Source of the DNA: an uncultured virus (IMG/VR IMGVR_UViG_3300002220_000624)
Lineage: Duplodnaviria; Heunggongvirae; Uroviricota; Caudoviricetes
DNA: 25,563 nucleotides
IMG/VR virus record: IMGVR_UViG_3300002220_000624
Reading direction: 5' to 3' (one strand)
Shown: in pieces, positions 8,909-18,787 of the stretch
Layout of the letters: every line of letters starts with the position of its first letter
How positions within the stretch are numbered: position 1 is the first letter of the stretch
Notes under the pieces: model-generated
Seen by the model: the letters and a program-made list of their open reading frames with translations, nothing else
What the model was told of the DNA's origin: nothing
Databases searched by the model: none
Translations under genes and position numbers: made by a program

Positions 8909-9895
8909 ATGAGTGACAATCCGTGTGTATTTAAAAGAGAATGCAGAAAATGCAATCTCTGCAATAAAGATGACCGTCCAACTATGTGCAAGATGCTTGA
9001 GTGTGAGCATTACACGCCGTGCGCAAAGTGTGGAAGGAATATGCAATTAGACGACTCTAAGAAGTGCAGGGTTTGTAATAAAACTGGGTATGTTGAAAGC
9101 CTTGCATCAGGCAATGAGAGAATTTCAGTTAACACTGTTAACGCTGTTAGCAATAACGCAGATGCATTGCTTTCTGATATTATTGACAGCACAAGTAGAA
9201 GCGGAGTTGATAAGAGGTCTGCGACTGGAGACAAGAGAAGGACTGACGACTATAGAAAGATAAACATAACTGCGCCAGGCATTCCTCCACAGGAATATAA
9301 TGAGTCAGAGAGGAAATATTATATGGATCAATGGTCTAACTATTCAAACTACTACAGAGATCCTACGGTTTACCCATTGATTCATAATTTAATAATTCTT
9401 GAAGTTGAACTGAATTATATAACATTTACAATGATAGGGACTCGTGGAGAGTATCACGACAAGCTCATTAGGCACAGAACTGATTTGATTAAAAATATGA
9501 CTGCAATTAGGGATCAGTTGCCATCAGAAGAGTCTTTTGAACTCTCGGAAGACGAAAAAGCGCTTAGTATAATATATGAGACATACAAGAATGAGGTTGA
9601 AAAAAGATCGAAGGGAAAAATTAAAAGGCTATTTGATTTACCAACAATTGCGCTTGCTCCAAATCTGCATTTCAAGAAAGATCTTAGTGCAATCTTGAAA
9701 AAGCTAGGATATAAGCAGATTGATATTGATGAAGTCGTAAAGAGAATGAAGGATTATCCAGAAGACCCTTATGAGCTTGCATTGTTCCTTGGATTTCCAC
9801 TAGACGAAGAAGTTGTAGAAGAAAACGAAGATCAAGACAGTGGAGACATGGTAGAGGATAATGAATCAAATGAAGGCATTATATTTAGTGCATAA
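8909..9895 (+). CDS. Zn-finger protein, candidate terminase small subunit
   Basis: N-terminal CxxC clusters (CRKCNLC, CAKC, CRVC), helical core, acidic tail; immediately upstream of TerL. The TerS role is inferred from position only. Confidence 0.45.
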   Translation: MSDNPCVFKRECRKCNLCNKDDRPTMCKMLECEHYTPCAKCGRNMQLDDSKKCRVCNKTGYVESLASGNERISVNTVNAVSNNADALLSDIIDSTSRSGVDKRSATGDKRRTDDYRKINITAPGIPPQEYNESERKYYMDQWSNYSNYYRDPTVYPLIHNLIILEVELNYITFTMIGTRGEYHDKLIRHRTDLIKNMTAIRDQLPSEESFELSEDEKALSIIYETYKNEVEKRSKGKIKRLFDLPTIALAPNLHFKKDLSAILKKLGYKQIDIDEVVKRMKDYPEDPYELALFLGFPLDEEVVEENEDQDSGDMVEDNESNEGIIFSA

Positions 9896-9916
9896 CACTT
9901 GGATTGGTAATGTAGC

Positions 9917-11671
9917 ATGAGAGCAAGATGGAGGCTAGATCGTAAATTAACAGCTACGATGATTGACGATTTTATACATGACCCTGTATTAGCTGCTAAG
10001 GTCATTATAGGGTGGGATCTTCCACCACACCAGCAGATCAGGCTCATGGATATGTGGACTACTCACTTAACAATAGACGATTCAGGTTTTTCATCAGGAA
10101 AGACCGCAACGTTTGCTATAGCAATTGCGTTGCGGTCTATTTTGTTTTCTGAGAGAAAGACAGGGATAGTTTCTGGTACATTTAGGCAAAGCAAGATTAT
10201 ATTTGGATACTTTGATTCATGGTATAATAGCTCTCCAATTTTTAGGTACTGCCTTAAGCACGCAAGGGGTAAGCCAAAGATAACACACGGAACAGATGCA
10301 TGGGAAGCTCAGTATAGAGGAGATTCAATTGTTAGGGCGTTACCACCAGGATTTATTGGTGATTCAACAAAAGATAAATCAAGGCTAAGATCTGAGAGAT
10401 GGCACGATGGATATTTTGATGAATGGACTACATTTGATATAACTATTATGACGAGAACGCTGTTTGGTCGTGTAACAGCGTTAAATCGCAACCCAGACGA
10501 CCCAATAAGACAGAATCATATACACTTAGCTAGTACGCCAGGTTTCACTAGCTATCCTTCGTATGAAGTAATACGAAGCATTGATAAGAAAATTTCTATG
10601 GGTAGTAAAAATTATTCAAGATTTACAAGCAATTACAGACATGTTCCAAAAAGAAAGAAATGGGTTGGTTTTGTTGATTATAAGACAATTCACACAATGC
10701 AAACAACCAACCCAGAAGGGGTTGTAAAATCTGAAATCGACGGGGTATGGCAGTCAGATTCTCTTTCGTACTATTCGTACAATGGCATTTCTTCGTGCAG
10801 AATGAGTGGATGCCCTATAATGTTTAAAAGAAGAGATGCATCAGATATATATATCGCTGGATTTGATAGTGCAAGAGGCGGTGTTAGTAGGGAAAAGCAG
10901 GAGTCTGGAGAAGGTGATGATTTTTCTATTAGTGTAATAAGAATACCAGGTGGGTATGGAAAGAAGCAGCATGTTTTGACTATCAGAAAAAATAATGTAA
11001 CTTCACAACAGATGGCTGGAGTTGTTTATAGACTTAATGATGTATTTAATTTTAAGTACATAGTATATGATCCTGGTGGCGGTGGTGCATTTGTTGCAGA
11101 TGACCTTAAATCAGATTACCTAGTTGTTAATGACAAGAGGATTCAAATTATTCCGATAGTTGATCGCTTTGACTTTTCAATACCTGCATCTTATCATGTA
11201 CTAATTCCATTCAAAAGAGGATTTCAGTCAATAGACAAGACATTTGACAAAGTTGCTTCAGATAGCATAATAATCAATAAGCTTCACAAATACGTCTCTG
11301 GGCAAATTGCAAACAAAAAGATAGCACTTCAGGAAAAATGGAATGGATGGCCTGTGCATTACGGAGTGTCCAATCTTGGACAGATGAGAAAATTTCTTAA
11401 CGCATCATCAACGATACTTGAGAAGACAGAGCTTGCGTGCGCAGAAATGGACTTAGCTGCGCTGCAGTTAGTTTCAGTTGATGTCGCAAGAAAAAACGGT
11501 GCTGCTGTCATTGATTCTTATGGCATGTATAAGTTTACATCGAGATATAAGAAAGATTCTGCGTATGGACTTATATATGCAATGTGTGGCTGCTGTATAT
11601 ATGAAAAGGAGCTTGAGGAAGACAAGAGAGAGTCAACTGGTAAACTTGCGATATCTATGGGAGCATATTGA
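9917..11671 (+). CDS. terL: terminase large subunit
   Basis: LPPHQ adenine-binding motif, Walker A SGFSSGKT, Walker B YFDE, coupling motif ASTP, RNase-H-like nuclease IAGFDSARG...DDFS, YDPGGGG, KKDSAYGL. Confidence 0.9.
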   Translation: MRARWRLDRKLTATMIDDFIHDPVLAAKVIIGWDLPPHQQIRLMDMWTTHLTIDDSGFSSGKTATFAIAIALRSILFSERKTGIVSGTFRQSKIIFGYFDSWYNSSPIFRYCLKHARGKPKITHGTDAWEAQYRGDSIVRALPPGFIGDSTKDKSRLRSERWHDGYFDEWTTFDITIMTRTLFGRVTALNRNPDDPIRQNHIHLASTPGFTSYPSYEVIRSIDKKISMGSKNYSRFTSNYRHVPKRKKWVGFVDYKTIHTMQTTNPEGVVKSEIDGVWQSDSLSYYSYNGISSCRMSGCPIMFKRRDASDIYIAGFDSARGGVSREKQESGEGDDFSISVIRIPGGYGKKQHVLTIRKNNVTSQQMAGVVYRLNDVFNFKYIVYDPGGGGAFVADDLKSDYLVVNDKRIQIIPIVDRFDFSIPASYHVLIPFKRGFQSIDKTFDKVASDSIIINKLHKYVSGQIANKKIALQEKWNGWPVHYGVSNLGQMRKFLNASSTILEKTELACAEMDLAALQLVSVDVARKNGAAVIDSYGMYKFTSRYKKDSAYGLIYAMCGCCIYEKELEEDKRESTGKLAISMGAY

Positions 11672-13404
11672 TGGCTATTAAGTTTTCAAAGAGTAGTAGC
11701 GTTAAAAGCACGTTGCCTGTAAATGATTTTCCAGAATTCAGGGAAGCTGAAAAGGAAGTTCCTGGTGTAATAAGAAGCGAAATAGCTGCTACTATGGGCA
11801 GTTTTTCTTCTACCACACAAGGTGCATATTTCGGTAGAAGAATTCCATCATCTACGTCATTGATGGACAGGCTTCAGTTTGGATTGATGCCGAAGAATCT
11901 TATTGAAGCTATTGAGTTCTCTTACAATTGGTATGAGAAAGATGATGCACTTTCTTCCTTAATTGATTTAAAAACTGAATTCACAGTCCTTGGATTTCGT
12001 TTAGTTGCGCATGTAGATGACAAGGCTTATTTTGAAATGCTGCAAAAATCAAAAGATGATAAAGATGAAGAGATTGATGACGATATACTTAATTTGATTT
12101 ATCAACAGATAGAATTGAACGATAAACTCCAGCGAATTTCTAGTGCATTTCAGCTTGACTCTGTAACAGATTCTTTAGCGAGAGATTTTTTTATAACTGA
12201 TTCTATGGCATTATATTGGAAGCTCCCAGGAAAAGGAAATCAGGGAGAGGTAGATGCAAACATTGACCTTGCGCTATTCGATTCAGAAGTTCCTGGATTG
12301 ATTGACGTTTCTGCACTGTCTCTTAAGGACGTGCAATGGGACAACTCACTTGGCAAGAATGAGCTTTCTGTGAAGATACCAATTGAATTAAGAGAGAGAA
12401 TACAGTTGGCGCTAGATTATGATGATAAGAAGGTTGCAAAAACAATGGTAGAGGGGCTTCTTAGCGAAGGAGTTCCTGTTAAATACATTGAGGCTGTTAA
12501 AGCAAAAGATGATTATGTATTGCTTGAGAAAGAAGATGGAGATAACTGGAGAATCTTCACTAAAGAGCGGAAGCATCACGGTCTTGCGTCTCCATCTATG
12601 GTTAAAATATTTATACCACTTGCGACTAGAATGATGATGACAGAGGGCGACTTTGCTGCATCAGTTATGACAAAGCATTTTATTTTTCATATAACAAGCG
12701 GCGAGTCAATAGACTCAGGCCCAAATGCAGGAAGCACCAAGAATTGGGCTTCACCAGATGAAACAAATAGACTACAAGGGCTGTTTAGTGGAATCAACAA
12801 AACAACAGTCGTTGCAACTAATCATACTGTTAAAATGGCTTTTATATTTCCTCCAATTGAAATGTTTTCTCATGAAAAGTATATGGCAAGTTTACAGAGG
12901 ATACTTAATTGGGCTGGAATAAGTCTAGTTTTATATACCGGCGAAGGATCAAAATACGCTGGTGGACACATAAATTTAAAAAGGGTTATGTCTGGTATAA
13001 AATATGCAAGAAACAAAATCCGCGATTTATTTGAGAAAATGTTCTCAAGTGAAGAAATACGATCAGCCATTAACGTTCCAGATGGATTTTCGATACATGT
13101 TGAATTCGATTCTCTTGGACTAAGGGAAGAAAGGCAGATATTAGATGAACTTAAGTTAATGTGTGAAAGAGGGACTGTTGGACCTAATACAGTAAACGAA
13201 GAGCTTGGTCGCTCTCATCAAAATTCAAGATTTGATAGAATTGTTGCGATCATGGAAGATAGAAGGTTTGGTTTGTGGGGCAGTGGCTTTCTATCAAATG
13301 AAATTAACAGTGTTAATACCGGAAGTGCTGGAAGACCTCCAAATAGTGAAACATCAGTAAATGATGAAACTAGGCTTCAAAATCCTGAAACACCTGAAAC
13401 TTAA
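11671..13404 (+). CDS. portal protein (putative)
   Basis: About 577 aa directly after TerL with TGATG stop/start overlap and GGAG SD. Helical N-terminal segment (YEKDDALSSLIDLKTEF) and size fit a portal. Call rests mainly on synteny. Confidence 0.75.
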   Translation: MAIKFSKSSSVKSTLPVNDFPEFREAEKEVPGVIRSEIAATMGSFSSTTQGAYFGRRIPSSTSLMDRLQFGLMPKNLIEAIEFSYNWYEKDDALSSLIDLKTEFTVLGFRLVAHVDDKAYFEMLQKSKDDKDEEIDDDILNLIYQQIELNDKLQRISSAFQLDSVTDSLARDFFITDSMALYWKLPGKGNQGEVDANIDLALFDSEVPGLIDVSALSLKDVQWDNSLGKNELSVKIPIELRERIQLALDYDDKKVAKTMVEGLLSEGVPVKYIEAVKAKDDYVLLEKEDGDNWRIFTKERKHHGLASPSMVKIFIPLATRMMMTEGDFAASVMTKHFIFHITSGESIDSGPNAGSTKNWASPDETNRLQGLFSGINKTTVVATNHTVKMAFIFPPIEMFSHEKYMASLQRILNWAGISLVLYTGEGSKYAGGHINLKRVMSGIKYARNKIRDLFEKMFSSEEIRSAINVPDGFSIHVEFDSLGLREERQILDELKLMCERGTVGPNTVNEELGRSHQNSRFDRIVAIMEDRRFGLWGSGFLSNEINSVNTGSAGRPPNSETSVNDETRLQNPETPET

Positions 13405-13419
13405 TTTAAGGAATTTTCA

Positions 13420-15222
13420 TTGTTCAACTACGAAGATGCATTGCATGTACTTGGGTTGTCAGTAGAAAAGCCAATTGCTTCTGATATTTTTAGCTTAAAT
13501 ACGACATCACATAGCATCATGTCGCAAGAAGATGCTGCAAAAATGTTCCCAGAATTGGCAAATAGCTCAAACGCAAATGTTTGGTATGCTCCAGTTGTAA
13601 TGGCGCATTCATTGCCATCAAAAAACCAAAGGATGCGGTGCTTTACTGCAAAAACTCTAAAGCGGAGCGCTAACACTGTTAGGGATAATCTTGTAAACAT
13701 CGAGCATGAGTTAATTGAGAATGACATCGGATCAACAAACGATGCTGTTTGCGGTCACATTAAAAGCGTTTTTGTTAAGGACCAGTGCTTAGGTGGAGAT
13801 GCAGTAGCGTTGTATGCGCTTTCAGTTCTTTATTCCAGACACAGGAAAGCAAATAGGATTGCAAAGGAATTTGCAAACGGAGTCCCCTGGCGAGTGTCTA
13901 TGGAATGCGGACACAATGTTCTTGAGTCTGCATTTTTATATGAGGGTGATTTTATACCATTTAAAGATGCTCCTTCTGGCATGCTGCAGTGCATAAAGAG
14001 TGATACAGTTATTCCGTATCTAGGAAAAGAGCTTGCTTTTGTTCTTGGCGGTGAAGACGGAATGGTGAATTTCTGGGGTTTGGCACTGACTAAATGTCCG
14101 GCAGACAAGGACGCCAATGTTCTTGGTATGTTTACTGCTGCTCCGAAAGAAATAGCATCTACAAAAGGCTTTTTTCCAATACATGCTAATTTTTTTGGAG
14201 TTGATAGGAAAATTGAAAATTTTTCTGAAATTGCGACCGATAACTTATTAAAAGAGAGTGGAAGTATTTCTGTTATTTGTGTCACTTCTGAATCAGATGG
14301 CCATTACCACAAAGTTCTTTCAAATGGTGTTGTTGTTCCAGAAAATGGCCATAGCCATTTGATTTCCACTTTCATAATAAAACCAGGCAGTAAGCCGACA
14401 TTTACTGCTGTTTTAACAGAACATGCAGATAGGATTTCTGCTGAGCATAATGGGTATTCTTCAGATTACAGATATCATTCACATCTGATTGATGTTGATC
14501 TGAAAACTGAATATAAAGAAAAAAAGGGGATTTTAAGTGAAATGTCAAGCGCACAAGAATTGGAAGGTGATATGAGTAAAGTTGTTGATGCCCTTGCAAA
14601 AGCAGTATCCGATTTGAAAGAAATCGGATCTGTTTTGAAGGCTGGAAATCAGTCCAGCACTTCACAAGACGATCAAAGGATTGCAACTGCTGTTAAGGCG
14701 GTCGATGCAATTGTGAACCTGAATATTGACAAAGCAATTGCCAGTGCTGCTGAGGAAGAGATTGCGCAGAAAGTAAGTGCTGGAGAGTTTGTTTCAAAGA
14801 AGGATCACGAAGATAAGGTTAAGCAGGCAGTTGATACTGCGCTTGCAACTGAACGAGAAACTATCAAGATTGAGCAAGAGCGAGTCAATCGCTTGAATGC
14901 GAGACTCGATGCTGCAAAATCAATCGGAATTGATTTGTCGTTTGAGCCAAAGGAAGGCATTACTATCGAAAGCATAATTAAGGGGATTCCTCTTGATGAT
15001 GCAGGCGAAGAAGTTTTTCAGAATAATCTTGCAGTTTGGACAGCACTTGCCAAGAGTGCAAAGCCTGTCCAATCAGAAGCTGCGAGCATGGGCGCCAAGA
15101 CGCCTAAAACCATCCTCACAGTTGGATCTGGTAAAACCTCTAAGGAAGTTGCTGGATCTGGCAATGCTGCTACTGAAAGCGGCAAGCAAAAGTTTGGCAA
15201 GCACGCCTTGACTGTTGTTTAA
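13420..15222 (+). CDS. prohead maturation protease fused to scaffold
   Basis: Candidate catalytic His in VNIEHE, Ser in WRVSMEC, and F.GLAL...PAD motif typical of phage head proteases. C-terminal third is Ala/Glu/Lys-rich and coiled-coil-like. TTG start after AAGGA. Confidence 0.75.
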   Translation: MFNYEDALHVLGLSVEKPIASDIFSLNTTSHSIMSQEDAAKMFPELANSSNANVWYAPVVMAHSLPSKNQRMRCFTAKTLKRSANTVRDNLVNIEHELIENDIGSTNDAVCGHIKSVFVKDQCLGGDAVALYALSVLYSRHRKANRIAKEFANGVPWRVSMECGHNVLESAFLYEGDFIPFKDAPSGMLQCIKSDTVIPYLGKELAFVLGGEDGMVNFWGLALTKCPADKDANVLGMFTAAPKEIASTKGFFPIHANFFGVDRKIENFSEIATDNLLKESGSISVICVTSESDGHYHKVLSNGVVVPENGHSHLISTFIIKPGSKPTFTAVLTEHADRISAEHNGYSSDYRYHSHLIDVDLKTEYKEKKGILSEMSSAQELEGDMSKVVDALAKAVSDLKEIGSVLKAGNQSSTSQDDQRIATAVKAVDAIVNLNIDKAIASAAEEEIAQKVSAGEFVSKKDHEDKVKQAVDTALATERETIKIEQERVNRLNARLDAAKSIGIDLSFEPKEGITIESIIKGIPLDDAGEEVFQNNLAVWTALAKSAKPVQSEAASMGAKTPKTILTVGSGKTSKEVAGSGNAATESGKQKFGKHALTVV

Positions 15223-15273
15223 CTTAACACTGTTAATTTTATTTAGGAATCAAATCTAGTAGGAGAATAAAGC

Positions 15274-15855
15274 ATGTACGGTTCTAGTCGCTTCAAATTG
15301 GTTTTTGGTACATGGGAGCAGATTGGTTGGCTTACATTCAATCTCGCGCTCAGTGATTCAAACCCAGACGCCGGGCTTGTTCCTCGTGGAAAGGCTATGG
15401 GTATCAATGCGAACTTTACAAACCTGACTTATGCATCTGGTGCCGATTTTGGCGGATTCTTGATGCAGAAAGTTGACCAGTATGGGACTACTGGTGACGC
15501 AGGTTTCAGGAGATTCACTCTGTCATATCCTGACATTCCAGCGAAGAAAGGCTCCAAAGTTTCTATTATGGTGCCGGCTCCAAATTCAATCTTTGAATTT
15601 GAAGGGCCTGAGAATGCAGATGCAAGTGTTGCAAACCTTATAGTTACGAACGGTGCTTATGGAATCACTGCAGACACTCCTGCAGGAACACTTCTTACTG
15701 CTATAAATGGCTGTATTCAGGTTGCAGCTATTGGTGATACGGTTATCGCCAATGTTATCAACGCTGGATTGACGCCTGAGAACGATGATGAGATCCGTGT
15801 TCGAGTTCAGATGGTTGCTAAATATCTATTTTCAAGCGAAGATTATTACGCTTAA
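15274..15855 (+). CDS. head decoration/cement protein (putative)
   Basis: Small Gly/Ala/Thr-rich, beta-type ORF between scaffold and capsid genes; AGGAG SD. Confidence 0.55.
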   Translation: MYGSSRFKLVFGTWEQIGWLTFNLALSDSNPDAGLVPRGKAMGINANFTNLTYASGADFGGFLMQKVDQYGTTGDAGFRRFTLSYPDIPAKKGSKVSIMVPAPNSIFEFEGPENADASVANLIVTNGAYGITADTPAGTLLTAINGCIQVAAIGDTVIANVINAGLTPENDDEIRVRVQMVAKYLFSSEDYYA

Positions 15856-15882
15856 TACTGTAAACTTAATCTGGAGAAGCAG

Positions 15883-17166
15883 ATGAGTGGAATAACAAAC
15901 AAAGAACTTGCGTCTATTGGCGAAAGCATGTTTCGCGGAAACCAGGTGTCTGTTAGCAGAGTACCTGGAATGCGAAGCGATATTGCTTCACTTTCTGGTA
16001 TTTCTAGTGGAGACATAGATCCAAAAGATATTTGCTTTATTCAAAATGCAAGCCGTCCAGAGATTGCGTCTATGCTTGAGACGCTTCGCAATGGTCGGTT
16101 TGATCGCAGGAATCGCGATGACTTGAAGAAGTATGCTGAACTTTTGAAGCGAGCTGGCTTTTCATCGAAGTCCGATATGACTGCGTGGAATGAGTTAGCT
16201 GCGTATCGTGAGTTTGAACTTACGTATGACGTTATGGCGTCACCCTGGGCGCTGTCAGGCTTTCAGGTTGTAAACCTTAATGACGATGAACTGCCTTTGA
16301 TTACAATTCCTCGCAGTAGGAATCTTCAGCGATTTGCTGTTCAGCATATTTCTATTGATGGCGAGACTTCTCGTAATCAATGGAGAAGCACGAAAGACAT
16401 ACTGCAGCTTGAGATGGAAATGCTGGCTACTGAAAAAGTCAGCTATCGACTCATGGATTTGCAGGTTGGAGATGTCAATGAATCAGATGCTATTCAGCGA
16501 GAATTGAAGTACGACCTTGATATGAAGGTTGATTCTCTCGCGCTTGCTCAAATCGACGCCGGTCTTATGGAGAGTGGATTGCGCTCGATTCTGAAGGTTC
16601 ATCCAAACATCAATATCTTGAACATTCCAGATAAGAACTATCTTGATCTTACTGCTGTTGAAACCGCTGGAAAGCTTTCTATCGGCAAGCTCAAGACGAT
16701 CCTTGCGCATATTGTTATGTTTGGAACCATCGGCGGTGCTGATGAGCAGTTTCAGATTAGCAATATCCAGGTTTCTCCACAGAATATGCAAGATCCCTGG
16801 GATTTTGTTTCTATGGTAAGCGGATGGGATTCTGCAAGTGATGGAATCAATCCAGATCCTGCTGGAACGATTCCTGAGCCAGTTCGTCAGCAGATCTACA
16901 ACACAGGAATGTTTACGAATGCATGGGGACAGTCGTTCTCATGGGTTCCAAATTCGACTCTCCGAAAGGGGCGATTATACGTCTTTACGAATAAGCCAAT
17001 TGGCTGGTGCTTTATGAAGCCAGGGCTTGATAAGCTCCTCACATGGGATGAAAGGACAAATCCTGATTATGCCGAAAGGAATTACGGTGAAATGATGTTC
17101 AAGAAAGCAATTTCGTTCTACATGCCAGATATTTGGCGACAGCGATATCTCGTTGTTGATTTCTAA
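15883..17166 (+). CDS. major capsid protein (HK97-fold, putative)
   Basis: 427 aa at the canonical position; distinct codon usage suggesting high expression; GGAG SD. Confidence 0.75.
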   Translation: MSGITNKELASIGESMFRGNQVSVSRVPGMRSDIASLSGISSGDIDPKDICFIQNASRPEIASMLETLRNGRFDRRNRDDLKKYAELLKRAGFSSKSDMTAWNELAAYREFELTYDVMASPWALSGFQVVNLNDDELPLITIPRSRNLQRFAVQHISIDGETSRNQWRSTKDILQLEMEMLATEKVSYRLMDLQVGDVNESDAIQRELKYDLDMKVDSLALAQIDAGLMESGLRSILKVHPNINILNIPDKNYLDLTAVETAGKLSIGKLKTILAHIVMFGTIGGADEQFQISNIQVSPQNMQDPWDFVSMVSGWDSASDGINPDPAGTIPEPVRQQIYNTGMFTNAWGQSFSWVPNSTLRKGRLYVFTNKPIGWCFMKPGLDKLLTWDERTNPDYAERNYGEMMFKKAISFYMPDIWRQRYLVVDF

Positions 17167-17462
17167 TGTCATGCTGTCCAGAAGATAGTAGTTTCAAGAT
17201 AGAAGGTAATGTTGAAGCAGTTCTTGAGTTTAGAGATGAAGAGTATTCTTTTAATGAACTAAAGGGATTTGCGAATAATGAAGAAATTGAAATTTGCGGA
17301 GTTTTTTATCAGCCTGGATTATTAGTGTTTAGAGGATTTTCTGGTGTATCAAGGTTTGGTGTAATAACAGGCACTGCATACTTTGATCTACAGAAAACTT
17401 CTTCTAAAAATTTAAAAGACTTTACAGTGTTAACTACTAAAATGAAGCACAAGGAACGATAA
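17166..17462 (+). CDS. hypothetical protein
   Basis: 98-aa ORF coupled to the capsid stop by a TAATG overlap. Confidence 0.65.
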   Translation: MSCCPEDSSFKIEGNVEAVLEFRDEEYSFNELKGFANNEEIEICGVFYQPGLLVFRGFSGVSRFGVITGTAYFDLQKTSSKNLKDFTVLTTKMKHKER

Positions 17463-17855
17463 ATGAGCTTTTCTGCAACTGTTGGATATACATTTGCAAC
17501 ATCTGAAGGCGTCCTTAGCTACGGCAGGGCAATAAGCGCTGACACGAAGATTGTGCAGTCATTGACTGTTCCAGACGAATCGTCGAACCTTGAAGTTCCT
17601 GTTGCTATCCCAGTAGCTGGACTCAAGGGCATCGTCGTTGGTTCTAATCGTGATGTCACATTGAAATTCAACGACTCTGGATTTCCTGACCCTGAAATTG
17701 CACTCAAGGCAGGTGTTCCGTACATCTGGTTTGAAGATTCTTACGACGACTGCAAGTTTGAAAATGATATCACAAAAGTTTACATTACCAACGCTTCTGG
17801 TGCTAACGCTGTTGTGTCGATCCGCGCGATGGTTGAGGCCACTGAATACGCTTAA
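17463..17855 (+). CDS. hypothetical virion protein (beta-rich)
   Basis: 130 aa, AAGGA SD, codon style resembling the capsid gene. Confidence 0.65.
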   Translation: MSFSATVGYTFATSEGVLSYGRAISADTKIVQSLTVPDESSNLEVPVAIPVAGLKGIVVGSNRDVTLKFNDSGFPDPEIALKAGVPYIWFEDSYDDCKFENDITKVYITNASGANAVVSIRAMVEATEYA

Positions 17856-17880
17856 CAGGTTTTCATAAGGGAAGCTATTG

Positions 17881-18312
17881 ATGGATGAGACTTATTCGCA
17901 GATAGTGTCGTTCGTTCGAGCACTAACGTTTGACAACGATTCGGATGCGTACAGGTACTCATCCAGCGTGATTAAGCAGCATATCCAAATTGCTGTTGTA
18001 ACCGCCAGCTTCACAGTTAGTTTTGATGCAGTTAATCGTGTATTTAATAGGCAGTTAAGCGAGAGCGAAAAACTTGAGCTTGCATGCATTTGCTCTTTAA
18101 ATATATTGATTGGACTGCCAGAGGATTTTTCATACAAAACTCCAGTAATGTCTGTTAGGAGAAAGTTTAATGTTAATGGAATGGTCGCAAGAATAGAAGA
18201 TATGTTGAAAAGGATTTCTGGTGGCAGCATGTCTATTTCTGCATACGATGAAATCCAAAAGATTGCTAATGACGCTGAACTATTTGAAGCTTCACAGTTG
18301 TTGAGTGCCTAA
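17881..18312 (+). CDS. putative head-tail adaptor (head completion)
   Basis: Small helical ORF downstream of the capsid gene; VRALTFD....Y.YS...I pattern is reminiscent of adaptor N-termini. Mostly synteny. Confidence 0.45.
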   Translation: MDETYSQIVSFVRALTFDNDSDAYRYSSSVIKQHIQIAVVTASFTVSFDAVNRVFNRQLSESEKLELACICSLNILIGLPEDFSYKTPVMSVRRKFNVNGMVARIEDMLKRISGGSMSISAYDEIQKIANDAELFEASQLLSA

Positions 18313-18650
18313 TGAGTAATTCTAGCTATCGCGAAACAAGGGAGAGCGTGAGGCAGGAAGTTTCCAAACTCCTGAATCTTATTGAAAATGTTCTGCGGTA
18401 TCAGGTTCTTACTAATGTTGATTCGATAGTGTCTGATACCGTCAGCGAGTTAACTGATTTAATTTCAAGGCTTTCTGCTATAAGTTCAACAGTGGATCAG
18501 CAGACTGCCAATGAGATAAATTCAGTTATAAATAGCATGAAGGGGCTAATAAGGGTTATTGAGCTATCAGATGCTATGATAAAGAGACCAATACGAGTTC
18601 AGGTAAGGTCTCTATCTGGAATAAGAAGATTCACTCTTGAAAAGCTTTAA
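18312..18650 (+). CDS. hypothetical helical protein
   Basis: 112-aa ORF with TAATG overlap to the previous gene. Confidence 0.65.
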   Translation: MSNSSYRETRESVRQEVSKLLNLIENVLRYQVLTNVDSIVSDTVSELTDLISRLSAISSTVDQQTANEINSVINSMKGLIRVIELSDAMIKRPIRVQVRSLSGIRRFTLEKL

Positions 18651-18652
18651 CT

Positions 18653-18787
18653 GCCCTGCGGTTCACATGATGATATGTCAGTGCGCATCGCGAAAGTGAT
18701 GGCATAATTGACACAGTTTATTCGCATTTATATGCGATGCACACAGCATAACAGGGCTGCATTGACAGTAATTGTTAAATCGTCAAT
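18653..18787 (+). ncRNA. candidate structured RNA / cis-regulatory leader (family unknown)
   Basis: Largest non-coding gap in the window. GCCCTG(18653-58)/CAGGGC(18752-57) outer stem; CATCGC-GAAA-GTGATG GNRA hairpin; TCGCAT-TTAT-ATGCGA hairpin; ATTGAC/GTCAAT hairpin. Confidence 0.5.

Noticed and set aside
15844..17855. Two virion genes both ending TAC GCT TAA (...YA-stop)
   Set aside because: Only two cases of a 9-nt match, one overlapping a degenerate palindrome copy; cannot be distinguished from chance.
18661..18705. Hammerhead ribozyme or c-di-GMP riboswitch (TGATGA...GAAA)
   Set aside because: The core reads ATGATGA rather than CTGATGA, the GAAA is a hairpin loop rather than a junction strand, and the c-di-GMP-I conserved flanks are absent.
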